From NCBI GenBank assembly GCA_013265495.1, contig MU058387.1:1488001-1552000 (forward strand): a DNA stretch of 64,000 bases, given 5' to 3'. Of the stretch, positions 12,401 through 25,038 are shown piece by piece (positions within the stretch are counted from its first letter, which is position 1; each line of letters starts with the position of its first letter). Position numbers and translations under genes: made by a program. This stretch comes from Vicugna vicugna. Lineage: Eukaryota. The notes under the pieces were generated by a model. That model searched no databases. It worked only from the letters and a program-made list of their open reading frames with translations, and was not told the origin of the DNA.

Positions 12401-13399
12401 CAGGATGGTATTTTTGTTTTAAAAATTAACTTCTCGTAAAAATATACTTGTAAAAACGAACAAATAAATAGGTAAAGTGAGTTTGACAAAGTTCTAAACA
12501 CTTTTCAGTGATCTTTACAATTAAAAGCAATTAAATTTCTCCTTTTGTTCAAAAATCACAATTACTTGAAAGATGCTGAAGGTTTACGTGTATTTTCCTC
12601 AAATTCATGTTGAAAATGTGAATGCTTTCTCCTTGGTGACTAATCATTGCAATTAAAGCTTAAGCAAGCCCACATCCACCATTCACACCCATATCCCGCA
12701 GAGAGGGATCTAAGGATAAATAAATTAACTTTGATGCTTGATATAATCATGCACAACGCTAATTGCTAGGCAAAAATCATTTCCTGTAATACTTTCTCTT
12801 TACTGGCAAAGGTCTAATAAAATCTTCATAACTTGTAAGATTAGAGAACATGAAGAAAGTACAATTATTTTTATAAAATACTCCATCAAGTTTCTGACTG
12901 AAAGCAATGAGCTGGTCTCTTCTTGTATTATGACTTCTGGTTTCCTCTAAAATAATAATTTGCTGAGGTTTGTAGGAATTAGTACTAAATGGATAAACTC
13001 AAAAAATAAAGATGTGAATAAAATAATTTGTCCCTTTCTTGCTCTGGGTCTTTTGAAGTAAGTCCTCTGGGACATAGCGCAAAGGAACATCTTCTGAGGC
13101 CTTCAGATCAAAGAAATTATTAGAATGAATTATTTGAGAGGACTTAATTATTGCATTTCCCTAACCTAAAAAAACAAACCAAAAATTTTAAAAGGCAGAA
13201 ACCAATCTCTAAATTGTACGGGTGCAGATCAGGAGGTGCTATGTTCCTTCTTTTCAATCAAATGACAAGACAATAGGTTGGTAACTATAAGTTCTTACCT
13301 AGGTTCTATGTCGTTCAATTGTTGACAAGCCCTCTTCATATTTAAATAGATTTCACATCTTTATGAACAAATTTTAACCAACAATGGGGATGCTACTTA

Positions 13400-14700
13400 A
13401 ACTTTTTATTTTGAAGTAATTTTAGATTTTCAAAAGAATTTCAACAGTAATATGAACAGTTGGTTTAATTCTTCACCCCCCAGCTGTAGCAATATTATTA
13501 TCTTACACAACTAGGTATAGTCACATAAGCTAAGCAGTGAGAATTAGAGTGATATTAATTTTTAACTACACTTCAGGCTTATTCTGAGTTTCCCCAGATT
13601 TTGTACTAATGTCCCTTTACTTGAACATCGATCCAACCTAGGGTACCGTTCCATTGAGACTTTACATCTCCTCAATCTCCTTCAAACAATGAGGAATATT
13701 TTTCTTTTTTTTTTTTTTTCAGGGAGGGGGGTGTTCTATGACCTTTATACTTTCAAAGAGTCCTGTTCAGTAGTTTTATAGAATACTCCTCATTTGGCTT
13801 TTTCTGATGTTTCTCTATGATGGGAGGAGGGTATTACATTTTGAGGAGGAACATCACAGTGAGGTGCCTTCCTCAAGGCATTTCAGCCAGAAGCTGATAA
13901 TAACGTGACTTACTACTCTTGATAACCTTGATCACTTGGATAAAGTGCTGTCTGCTGGGTACGGAAGTAGCTACCACTTTCTTCTCCCTATACCCTAGTC
14001 CTTAGATTCCAGTCACTAAGTTCAGTCCACACTCAAGGGCAGGGGAACTAAGCTCCCCGTCCTGGAGGGAAGAGTGTGAATAAATCTTCAGTTTTATGTT
14101 AACACCACGACAGTAATTAATCAATATTTTGGAGGAAATTCTTTGAGGCTAGCCAAATATCCTTTTATCTTTACAGCTTAAAGTTATGTATATGTACACA
14201 TAGACATTCATTTTCAATTCTTTTCCATTATAGGTTATTATAAGATATTGAATATAGTCCCCTGTGCTATACAGTAAGTCCTTGTGGTTTATCTATTTTA
14301 TAGTAGTGTGTATCTGTTAATCCCAAACTCCTAATTTATTCCTCTCCTTACTTTTTCTCTTTGATAACCATAAGTTTGTTTTCTACATTACCCCCTAATT
14401 TTATCATTTATCAGTTGCTTGGAAGAATTATTACTGTACTGTTCTTATGGCTATTTTCAATGTCTCTCATTCCTTCTACATGCATTGTTTGGAATTCTCC
14501 TGTAAGGAACATCCATCTTATTTCTCTCATTTATTCACCCTTTATGTACTCAATCCTTTATAGTCAATATGCACACAGCTACTAAACCCATACATTCATT
14601 TTTGTGTTCCATGTTAGGTAGGACTTGGTATACTTCATTGCTAATATTAGCCATTTAAGAACTAGCTATCATGAACTTAATATTACACTTTTTATCCAGG
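13400..14700 (-). mobile_element. Old L1MC/MD-type 3' region with a nested younger L1 3' UTR fragment (about 14175-14385)
   Basis: TTTTTATTTTGAAGTAATTTTAGATTTTCAAAAGAATT...AACCTTGATCACTTGGATAAAGTGCTGTCTGC. The nested piece reads TTCCATTATAGGTTATTATAAGATATTGAATATAGTCCCCTGTGCTATACAGT. Confidence 0.75.
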
Positions 14701-14984
14701 GAAAAAATATTCTTTTTATTGGAAGTATATTAAGTAATTTTGGTTTGGAAACAAAAATACCATATCAAGTTACTATCTTCCACTCCCATTCCAAAGGAAA
14801 CTCCCTAGTGTTTTGCTGATTTAAAAAATTTTTTTATCTCCCTAAAGGCTCTTAAGTTCTTTTTTTTCCTTTTTGGTAGGGCTAAGAATCAAAATTTCAG
14901 AGTAGTTATACATGAGAAGGTCCAAAGAAAGGAAAAGATTAAAATAAAAGGGAGGAAGAGAATCAGGCTTTTTTTTTTTAATGT

Positions 14985-15440
14985 ATAATGTAAATGCTCA
15001 GGAATGGGGAATTTGTCAAATAAATTATGATTACCCATAGGAAGAGATATTCCATAGCCATTCTGATAATGTTTTTAAAGAATTGCAACAGCATGGGAAA
15101 GGTCACAGAATAAAGTAGAGCAAAAAAAACATGGCAGGATTAAAAACTAGACATGCAATATGATCCTGATTGTGTTTAAAAAAAAAGAAGAAAGAAAAAG
15201 AATATGAAGAAAATTAAATACATGTGTAAATATGCACAGATATTTTAAACATCTAAAAATTACTAAGGGATACACAACACTTATTAGAATATCATGATGC
15301 CTAAAATCTACTTGGCATCTACTGAATTAATTACTGAATATAAGAAAATATGAATAGTGTTATGGCTGGGTGGTAGAATATTTGATGACTTAATATTTCT
15401 TCTTTATGTTCTTTGTGCATTTTCCAAGTTCTTTATTCTC
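14985..15440 (+). mobile_element. L1ME-type 3' end
   Basis: AAATAAATTATGATTACCCATAGGAAG...ATTCCATAGCCATT...TTATGGCTGGGTGGTAGAAT. Confidence 0.6.
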
Positions 15441-16913
15441 AACATGTATTTTTTAGTATTGCAATAAGGAACTGAAATTTAAACATAAAGTCAGATAATG
15501 ATTGGTTTTCAACTGTTCTCATGCTTGCAAAAGTGAGCCTTGATGAGAATTATTTTACTACTGTATCATCTAGAGATTATTTTTAGAAAGAAACAATATT
15601 TAGGAAAAAACATAAATTAAAATTGGTCTTTTCTAATTAATCAACCTGAGAACTTGGCCGCTCAATATGAATGGTATAGGTCACCTGAAAAGCAAACAGA
15701 ATAATTGTAACTGCTTTAGGAGTCTTTGAAGTTACAGATTAAGCCAGTGGGAAATTAGCCAGATTGCCATTATAGCTGAAAAGTGCGGGAAGGGCCCGGC
15801 AGCCAGTGTAATTATGCAAGCTTTGTGAGCCTTGAAAATTTTGTGATTGTAATGCATGCTATCAGCCTTCATAAAGTTCTACACCAACTGCATTCCTTAA
15901 ACTGCTGTCTGGCCCAAGGCTGAGCAATAAATTAGTAAAGAAAAACCAATATTGTAGCAATATTCCTTCATATCAGAAGTTCCTTTGCCTGTTGTGTTGC
16001 CAAATGATACCACGGTAAACATGCTTCACCTTTCAGTGACTAACACCACTTGGGTAGGATGAGGAGGCTGCCCTTCCCAGAAGACTTTCTTACTGAGCTG
16101 GCACTGGCACACACACACAGCTGTGTCTAATTATGGCTGTGATCTCAATTATGAAAAAGACCAGCCGGGTGCAGACAGGGGTCATTGATAAGATTAGGGA
16201 TTCAACATAGTGCGGTAAAGTTTCAGACATAAAGAGATGAGTCTAAACTGATGCTCTGATGATCACCCTAAGTAGATTTGTTTGGGACACCCTTGAATAC
16301 AAGTGTTCTGTACTCAAATACAGAGTGAACTCAGAAGAAGGAAGGTCTACTGTGGTGTGAATATAGACCTTTATTTAAGTAGCGACATACTGAAGGGGCT
16401 GGGTGGGAGAACAGATTATTAAAATGTCTTCACAATCATTCAAGAGCAGAAGCAGAAATGAAGGGTTAAAGGTGACCCTCAGAGACCCCAAAAAAAAGAC
16501 TTTCATTTCTATTTGAAGACGAACCCCTCTGAGGATAACAGAGATTGAAGAGGACTCCAGGGAGAAGGCGTTTCTGCTAAGAGCGAATGTATTCCATCAA
16601 ACTTAAGGAGAAAAACCTTCCTTATGTGTGACCTTTGATTCTTCTACAGATTCTCTGCCAAAGACAGCATTGTGGACAAGTAGCATCTGGTTTGGAATAT
16701 CCAATAAAAAAAAAATGTGCAGGACAGTGGCCTTAAAAATTTGAGAGACACAGATCACATTAAGATTAGTAAAAACTACTAACTTCCCCTCCCCATACAT
16801 ATTTCTCCATGAACACAAAAATGCAAGATTCAGCAAGTTCAGAGACCACCCCCTTCCACCAGACACTCTACGAAAGCACGTGAATCCATAAGCCCTAGCT
16901 TAATAGTCTCTGA

Positions 16914-17295
16914 TGTTGAAGTTGATGTAAATATTAATAAATAGAAACCTCAATAAAATAGAGTTGGGAGACCAGAAGGAAGAGGTCTAACATCCTATGG
17001 GAATAGCAGTGCACAACAGGAGGAAGAAAGTCTTTCTCTTTCCTGGCAAGAGCTCGGCCAGTGAGAAGCTGTCACAACTGAGACAAGGAAAAGACATGGA
17101 CCCCTTGTTTACTTTGTTACTTTGTAGTCCTTTCAACATTCCTTTCTTGTCTATAAAATGGTTTTCTCCATTTTTGCTGGGGACTTGCACATGGCTCACC
17201 ATGGTTGAAGACTTCAATTCACGACTCTTTGGTAATCTTGAATAAACCCATTTTGCTAGAGAAATAACTGGTAGACCATTTGTTTTAGGTTAACA
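16914..17295 (+). mobile_element. ERV1-type solo LTR
   Basis: TGTTGA...TTAACA termini, TATA-like CTATAAAA near 17151, AATAAA at 17241. TSD not clear. Confidence 0.7.
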
Positions 17296-18254
17296 ATAGC
17301 AAGTAGTTTCTTACAATTTTTTCTCCTAGGAACAGAAGGAACATTTCTCATATCTTACAGCTAACCTAGTTTAATTCTTTTGAAGAAAGACAGGTGTTTT
17401 TTATTTTATTTATTTATTTTTTTGTATTGGATTGGATTGGGACAATGAAGCAAAGGGAAGTCAAATGTTGATGATGGTTGTCTGGCTGTGATTCAAGGCT
17501 GAAACATGCGTTCATCAATTTCTTTTTCTATTGTTTATGTGGCTATTGTTCACTTCCAATTTACCATCTAGTTTGTAAAAAAGTCAAGAAAGTTTTAGAT
17601 TGATGAAATGTCTGTGGAGGCAAGGATATTCAGTTCACCAAAATGAAACATGGATAAACTGTCCCTTCATGTTTTGCCGTAACTTCATGTAGTGTGAACA
17701 CAAATGACACAGACCATTTTAAACCATTTCTGTAATTAAAAATATTTAATAATGGAAAATTTTGTTCTCAAAATTACAAAATAAACTATTTTTAAGCAGT
17801 TGGTATATTTACATTTAAATTACAGACTGGTGTGAGAAAAAATATCTCCAACTATTAAAAAAATCTAAAGTAATTTAAAATTTGACAAGGCTTTCAAAAA
17901 TAATAGACTGAATGCAAATTTTTAAATAATTTAGAAATAATGTCCTCATCTTACTCTTTCCACTGCATTTTCCATTGTCTCATTTTATATCTAGAGATGA
18001 TGTCCAGAGCAAGTTCTCTAAAATGCCTCCATGTATATGCTTCCCTTTCCCCAAAGGAATTGTGGAGTTTGCAGAATCTATTTAACCTTGGAATCTGAGA
18101 CACTTCATAAAAACGTGTACACAACACACACTCACACATCTATGTTTCTGCTAATATTGTTATTCGGTAATATCATAACATTTATTATTTTATTCTCTGA
18201 GCATTTCATCTTGCTTCATAGATAGTTGGAGAAGAGAAATGGTTCTTACTCTAT

Positions 18255-19165
18255 ATAGTAGAGGTGATGGTGTCTTTTTCCCACCTCCCACCCAATTTTC
18301 CCCCAGGGCCAAACCCTTCCCCAAGCTGCTGAGTGTCAGCTATTGAAAGTTCAGAGCTGAGCCCTCATGGAGATTTGTCCAAGATTTTGGTCCTCCCAGA
18401 AGTCAGCATTAGCCAATGACTGACTGAGGCAAGAATGCCTCGTTGGGTAACTCCAAAGGGCCATCCCGGTCCCAGAGCTGCAGGTAGAATCAGTGGGAGC
18501 CTCACCTGCCACTGGAATTAGGTCACCTTCCCTGTCCAACCCATCTTCCTCACTTTTTTTATTTAGGGGAGAGGGGTTGTATCCAATTCACACTTACATA
18601 CTTTTTGTACACATTGATGTAACTTTGTCTTAATCAATATAAAACATTTTTTTAATTGGCATAAAGACTATTTGGATTTTATCAGTTTGCCCACAGTGTG
18701 ATTTTTCCACTCCAATATCCAGTCTAGGACCCTGCACCACATTCAGTAGCTCTGTCTCCTTAGTATCCTCCAGTCTATGACAACTCCTCAGTCTTCATTT
18801 TTCATTATCTTAACAGTTATAAAGAGTCTTGGCCAGGTATTTTGTAGAATGTCTTTCATTTTGGGTTTGTATGATGTTTTCTCATCATCACATGGAGTTA
18901 CTGATGGGGTAAAGTTACCTCTGTGGTGAAATATTCTCATTTCATCATATCAAGGGTGCGTGATAGCAACAAGACTTATTACTAGTGACTACAACCTTAT
19001 TATTTGCATAAAGTAGCATCTGCCAGGTTTCCCACTGTGAAAGTGCTATTTTGCCATCTTCTCCTTCTCTCCTGAATAAATAAATCTTCTCTTCACAATA
19101 AAACTCTTGCATGCAACTCTCAGTCTCAGTGTCTGTTTCCACAGGAAACAAATTAAGAAAACACG
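18255..19165 (+). mobile_element. LTR16-like ERVL LTR, interrupted by a minus-strand L1MC-type fragment (about 18560-19060)
   Basis: Left part GCATTAGCCAATGACTGACTG...AACTCCAAAGGGCCATCCCGGTCCCAGAGC. Right part AATAAAACTCTTGCATGCAACTCTCAGTCTCAGTGTCTGTTTCC. The insert resembles the L1 at 13550-13980. Confidence 0.7.
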
Positions 19166-19296
19166 TAATAGTCACCCATTTGTTTCAACCAGTAACCTGG
19201 AAAAATATATGCTGAATAATTTAGTCCTTGAAATCTAACTTTGTCAATACCTATGGACTAGGGACAATATCATCAAAATTAATTTTAAACTCTGCA

Positions 19297-19419
19297 GGAG
19301 GGGAGGGTATAGCTCAGTGGTATTGTCCATGCCTAGCATGCACAAGGTCCTGGGTTCAATCCCCATTACCTCTGTTAAAATAAATAAATAAACCTAGTTA
19401 ACTCCCCCGCCAAAATAAA

Positions 19420-19461
<42 letters not shown>
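19297..19461 (+). mobile_element. tRNA-Ala(AGC)-derived SINE (camelid vic-1-like) with (AAT)n tail
   Basis: A box TAGCTCAGTGG, B box GGTTCAATCC, head near-collinear with tRNA-Ala-AGC. TSD AACTCTGCA / AACTCGGCA. Confidence 0.9.
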
Positions 19462-19464
<3 letters not shown>

Positions 19465-19559
19465 TCGGCAATCATGCTAACCTTACACCAAAAGGGATAC
19501 ACATTTACAAGTTTACCAGACAACTCACTTTGTACAATAGCTTTAATTCAAGGAGCTCA

Positions 19560-20490
19560 TGGAAATAGCAATATACATTCAATATCCACATACATATTAT
19601 CAATCACATGTATGTCATTCCTGGCTGTGATCTGATTTCCAAAATACACAAGACTCATTCACATAAAACTGTGGTACAAGGACCTAAACTTCTACCTTCA
19701 CCTACTAATTAACCACACCCCAAAATTATCATATTCCATTCTGAGTCCTTTTAAGTCACTTCAATGAGACCATATTTTATGAAAATCACTAACGTTAGTA
19801 GAATTTACACTGAAAATAACTGGATACAATATTCTCGTCTTTGCCGCATCAAGTTCTCTATTAGAAAAATCTTTACAAGAAAGCTTGAGCAACTATATAA
19901 AATCACTGTCAGTTTGGTTTCAATGACTTTTTCTTTAATTTCAGAAAAGAAATATTTTTTCAAGAATTAAATTATTAATTTTTTTCTCTCAATTTAATTT
20001 TTTTTCAAACTGGAAGTTTTCTAATTAAAACCTTCAGATTCTTCTGGCTCATTTCAGCCCCACATGTGGTATTTGAACATATCTGTCAAATTGTTAGGTG
20101 TACCATAAACCCTATTTTCTGCTGATTAACTAAATTCCTTACTTCGTGAAAAGTGATGCATTTTTTTCCACACACTTTAGAAATACAACAGTATCTAGCC
20201 TCAAAAATAATCACCTTTTTGTCCCCCTCCAAGGAAAGAAAAAAAAAAAAAGCATAGTAGAGGTAATGATTCAGACCATAGCCTTTGAAGACATTTACTG
20301 CAATCACCTCGGAAGACAAAACATCCTTCATTTTTGTAGGCAAAGTCTTTGAGAAAAGTGCATGCTGGTGCAACATATCATGTGTGATCATGATACCAGA
20401 TTACTCTTCCTTGACAGAGGACACAAATCCTGAATTTCCTCCCCTGGGCATGATAGGGTCATCTTCGCTATAAATTGAGTCACATATATC
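19560..20490 (-). mobile_element. hAT (Charlie/Buster-type) transposase fossil, C-terminal half
   Basis: Minus-strand translation gives NSGFVSSVKEE..ITHDMLHQHALFSKTLPTKMKDVLSSEVIAVNVFKGYGLN (cf. THC.IHREALASK.L...LK.VL...V..VNFIK...LN), then LTDMF (cf. LADIF) and PCTTVLCE (cf. PF.TTYLCE), in the correct order with stops and frameshifts. Confidence 0.8.
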
Positions 20491-20569
20491 AAGTTAAAAT
20501 AAAAGTCTCCTTGGGGATTGAACCGACTGATTTCCTTCATAGTTCAATGAAATGGTCGGACAGCCACGT

Positions 20570-20883
20570 GGCTTTCCTCGTGCCACTGCTTTCCTTGGGC
20601 CACTGCTCAGATGTTGCCTTTTCAGTGAGGACTGTCTAAAGACTCTGTTTAAAATGACTCGCTCCCCAGTCACTGGGTTCTCTATCCCCTTTCCCTGATT
20701 ATTTTTTATCTGTAGCACTCATTACTTTCCAAATGGGCTCTGCAGTTTGCTTGTTTTTAAATGTCTGTCTCCTTGTTCTAACCATCTGAGGACAGAGATC
20801 TCTCTATTTTGTTCACATTATATTCCTAGCGCCTACAACAGTGCCTGACATATAGGAGACAATTACTCATTTTTTAATGAATA
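20570..20883 (+). mobile_element. L2a-like 3' end
   Basis: CTGCTCAGATGTTGCCTTTTCAGTGAGG...ATTCCTAGCGCCTACAACAGTGCCTGACATATAGGAGAC...AATGAAT. Confidence 0.85.
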
Positions 20884-23166
20884 TCTGGATTAATACATTT
20901 GTTTACCAAATATATGTGGATTGCATGCTACTCTTGATCCATTCAGGGAAAGGCAGCACGTCATACTGTTCTCTATGTTACTTTAAACTGAACAAAAAAA
21001 CCCCATATATTAACAATTTTAATCTACTTCCAAAGAATGTTTAGAGTATTGTCCTACGAAGAACTCTCTATCGCAAAACGAATATCTTGTCCTCTCCACC
21101 TCCTTCCCTGCATTTACTGGGAATAAAAGTGCCAGTGTGACACTGTGTCTTTGCCGGACTCCTTTTGTGACGACATTCAAAGTATCAGATAACTTTCAAC
21201 AATTCAAAGAGAAGACTCTTACAAGGTCCATTTTTCTTGAACAAATTCATAACCTGTAAATAATCTGTTGTACTTTTCCTTGTCAGAGCCAAGCTTTCGC
21301 AGTACTTCAAGGTCTGTAAGCATGTGCATTTCTACCTAATTATACTGACCATTTCCATAAGATTATCTATGGATTTGAGGGTGACACTGTGGTTTCAACA
21401 GCCTGTTTTGATCGTTCTCCAGCCATCTTGTTTCAACTGGCTGAATGTATTGAGGTTTCTTCTACTTGATATTAATTGTTGCAATTAAAAAATATAGTAA
21501 ACAAGTGAATGTAATAAGCATTAGAAGGTCATTTTCAGCTGAAACGATAGTGTAATGCCACACCAATTTCAGAACCTAATCGTTACCGAGATGCTTATGT
21601 TAAACTATCGACTTTTAACTTATGATTTAAGGGTTTTCTTCAGGAAATGTGAAACTAGTGAACTTGCCTTTGTCTATAAGTTTGCAAGTGCCATCCCCAA
21701 AAGGATGTGTCACAGGTAATAAATTAGAGCAGATGGCTAAAGAAAGTTGAGGAGACAGACTTACACATTGTTCACGCCATTGTGGTGGTTAGAGACGATG
21801 GCAATTGGTTCCGTATATACATTTCCAGTCTTGATCTTTCCAACGCTGTTAGGAAAATTGCCTTCAGACTGAGACAACACAGAGCTCTTTGCTGTCACTC
21901 TGATAGTGGCCATCACCTGAAGAGACGAGCAGCAGCTCTGGATTAGCCCTTGCTGGAAATACCTTTCTGTTGGTTTTGTTGTATTACGTTTGGTTTGCTG
22001 TGTTCCCCAATGTGCCACATTCTTCCTCTTCCAGGTTTGATAGCTTATTATTTCAATTAGACTTCCTTACTACAGGAAATTTTCCATTAAAGAAGATGTC
22101 AATTTATGAACATTTACTTTTAATGTGTTCTTCACTTTTCTTGTCATTTTTCTTTATAGTCAGAATGAAACTGAATAACCTTACCCACCCTTTCAAAGGT
22201 AATTAGTCATAAGACAAGGATGGAATCCAGTGCACATTGTTTGAAAATGGTGTCTTGTCTTTATTAATCCAATGTTCTTGTTCCTACAGTGAGGTAATCA
22301 TATTAAATACAGTCCTAAACACAGGATTATAATTATTTTCACCACAGTATCAGTCAGCATTAAGGTAAAATAATTTGTAGCCTGGAAAAAATTATCTTCT
22401 ACTATAGAAAAAATTGTGAAAAATGCTGGTACTACAAATTTGTCCTACAATTAATAAATGTTACCATATGAAACAAATGTCTCAGTTAAAATGCTATTCA
22501 GAGAAATAGACAGGAGATTGAAAATATCAGCTCCTTTACATAAAACACTTCAAATATCCTTCCTAATGAATTCCTTAAAAAAATAAAATTATAACCTTTC
22601 AAACTTTGAGGCTTAGTGTTGAGGTATATTCGTTTTTTAGAAATTCTCATTTGTTAGGAAAGATCGAGAGAAGTTGAATCATTTCTTAGTGATGTCTCTT
22701 TGCTTGTTTTATCAGTTGCAATGTAAATTTCAGAGAAGTACATCAAATTCGTTCCTTTAGATAGGAATGTTATTTCTCATGGGTACTCTTATCCCAGACA
22801 TGTTTCCATTGTCCTACATGTATTAGGCACTCAATGCCTATTTGATAAAAACACTAATGAACACTAATTTTTCTAATGCACTTTCTAATGAACACAGAAT
22901 AATAAGCAATCCCTGCCTTATGACATTTATTCTAAGAAATCACCCTTGACTAAATGAATTCAATTGACTGGTCAACACATTTTTTCCCTGCCACATATTA
23001 TTTTCTACAGAGGAACAGGAAAGCGAGGAGTATCTGGTAGACAGAATTATTTATTTTATATAAATACATAGATATGCAAATAATTTGGTGGAATACTGTG
23101 TACATACAGCATACAATATAATATGCAACTATCATTGAAGAAAGTGTATTTTAGGGACTACATGAG

Positions 23167-23847
23167 AAGAGATTATTTTTTTTCTCGTGTTTAAGCGTGC
23201 TCTCAGTCATTAGCTACTAGGTTTTTTTTTTGATGATAAATTATGGGGTTTTTTTAACGTTTACAGTGTATTTTATTTTAAGCATTTTTTTGATTGAGTC
23301 ATACTCATTTTACAGTGTTGTGTCAAATTCCATTAGCTACTAGTTTTTAAAAGATGTTTATAGAGTAGTTGGCTTTCTTTGAATGCTGTCAAACACTTTG
23401 ATCAGTCTACAGGCTCCACCCGCTTTTACTTATATATACATATATATATACACGGGCTGCAACTGACTAATAGCATCTGGAGAGAGCAACAGGAGGTTGT
23501 TTTTTAAAAGAGATTATTTTTTTTCTCGTGTTTAAGCGTGCTCTCAGTCATTAGCTACTAGGTTTTTTTTTGATGATAAATTATGGGGTTTTTTTAACGT
23601 TTACAGTGTATTTTATTTTAAGCATTTTTTTGATTGAGTCATACTCATTTTACAGTGTTGTGTCAAATTCCATTAGCTACTAGTTTTTAAAAGATGTTTA
23701 TAGAGTAGTTGGCTTTCTTTGAATGCTGTCAAACACTTTGATCAGTCTACAGGCTCCACCCGCTTTTACTTATATATACATATATATATACACGGGCTGC
23801 AACTGACTAATAGCATCTGGAGAGAGCAACAGGAGGTTGTTTTTTAA
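23167..23847. repeat. Near-perfect tandem duplication (341 bp plus 340 bp)
   Basis: 23167-23507 and 23508-23847 read identical by eye except for one T in a homopolymer (T10 vs T9). Confidence 0.95.
23221..23330 (-). mobile_element. Very short L1 3' end with composite tail; second copy at about 23562-23670
   Basis: 13-bp TSD CATTAGCTACTAG (23208-23220, 23331-23343). TGATTGAGTCATACTCATTTTACAGTGTTGTGTCAAATTC matches the L1 terminus seen at 6860-6900. Confidence 0.85.
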
Positions 23848-24069
23848 CACCTGGAGGCTTTTCCTCTGGGTAATGGGCCATAATAACTATTCTGTCAGGC
23901 ATGCATCTCAAGGTTTCTACCACCTTCTCCAGTGAATTCCCCTGTAATAGTTTAGGTGGCAGGTAGTGGCAAGATAAAATAGGTGCATGTGATTTTCTTT
24001 TGTTAACTTGTGTCCCCAGAGGCACCGGGAAACAGCCTGGATGAGTGAATCGCACAGACAGAGATTCAC

Positions 24070-24240
24070 AGGCAGGTCTGAGGCTTCAATTTTCTGAACT
24101 GTGTTTTTTCTCCTCTTATGATTATCTTAATATTATCTTCTTATGTTGTTGTGACGATCAGTTCAGATAATCTGTGTCAAGTGCTAAGCATGACTAGCAT
24201 ATTGTTAAAATAAATACATTAATGTTATCTTACTATATCA
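24070..24240 (+). mobile_element. MIR
   Basis: TCTGAACTGTGTTTTTTCTCCTCT...GTTGTTGTGACGATCAGTTCAGATAATCTGTGTCAAGTGCTAAGCA. Confidence 0.6.
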
Positions 24241-24515
24241 ATTTTGAACAAGAAGAAAAGGAGGAAGTAACTTTATTTTCACGTGATTAAAATGCTGATA
24301 TCCGCTGGTTGAAAACAAGAGAATATATGAAAGTGTAAAGGTAAAAACTTTGAATATTCACCCATTCACATTTTGATAAACTGAATTTTTCTACTTTTTC
24401 TTTAAACAGTTTGTTATTTTAAGAAAGTGCAGAAATGAGCATCTCAGTAACTAATCTTCCTTTGTGTTTCTGATTATGTCTATAGGATAAATTCATAGAT
24501 GTAGAATTGAGTTTA

Positions 24516-24719
24516 GCTTATTTTTCTTTTTATTGAAGTATAGTTGATTTACAATACTGTGTTATTTTCAGGTGTATAACAAAGTGATTCAGTTATACAT
24601 ATATATCTATATGTACATACCTATATTCTTTTTTTATTGTTTCCATGATAGTTGATTATGATGTATTGAATATAGTTCCTTGTGCTATACAGTTTTTCAT
24701 ATATAGTAGTGTGCATCCT
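24516..24719 (-). mobile_element. L1 3' end (artiodactyl-type)
   Basis: TTTATTGAAGTATAGTTGATTTACAATACTGTGTTA...GTGATTCAGTTATACAT. TSD TAGAATTGAGTTTA / TAGAAATGAGTTTA. Confidence 0.85.
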
Positions 24720-25038
24720 TAGAAATGAGTTTATTTTTAATAGCAACATTTTAGTCTTTTACTGAATATTAGCATACTGTCTCATGGAGAAGTTTTGTCA
24801 GTTTACACTACAGCAATATAATAGTTCCAGGGTGATCTCACTTTGACTGGTGTCTCTTAATTGTTATCTGTTTGGTGAAGGAAAATTGCACCCTGGTGTT
24901 TTTTTGTTGTTGTTGTTGTTGTTTAATTTGACATCTTATATTATAAAGGCCACCTTGACTTTGTTTATATTTATTTCAATTACTTTTAGCTGAAATGTGT
25001 TTTTCTGTTGGAGTTTAAATATTATTTTTGAAAATCAA

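Noticed and set aside
19301..19375. Apparent tRNA-Ala gene (also at 25045 and 56870)
   Set aside because: Mutated D and anticodon arms, a SINE body with A-rich tail, and TSDs show these are SINEs.
21222..21315. Two micro-exon-like signals (minus about 21222-21252, plus 21287-21315)
   Set aside because: Weak splice sites. The minus one gives an immediate stop if joined to the 21765-21916 candidate.
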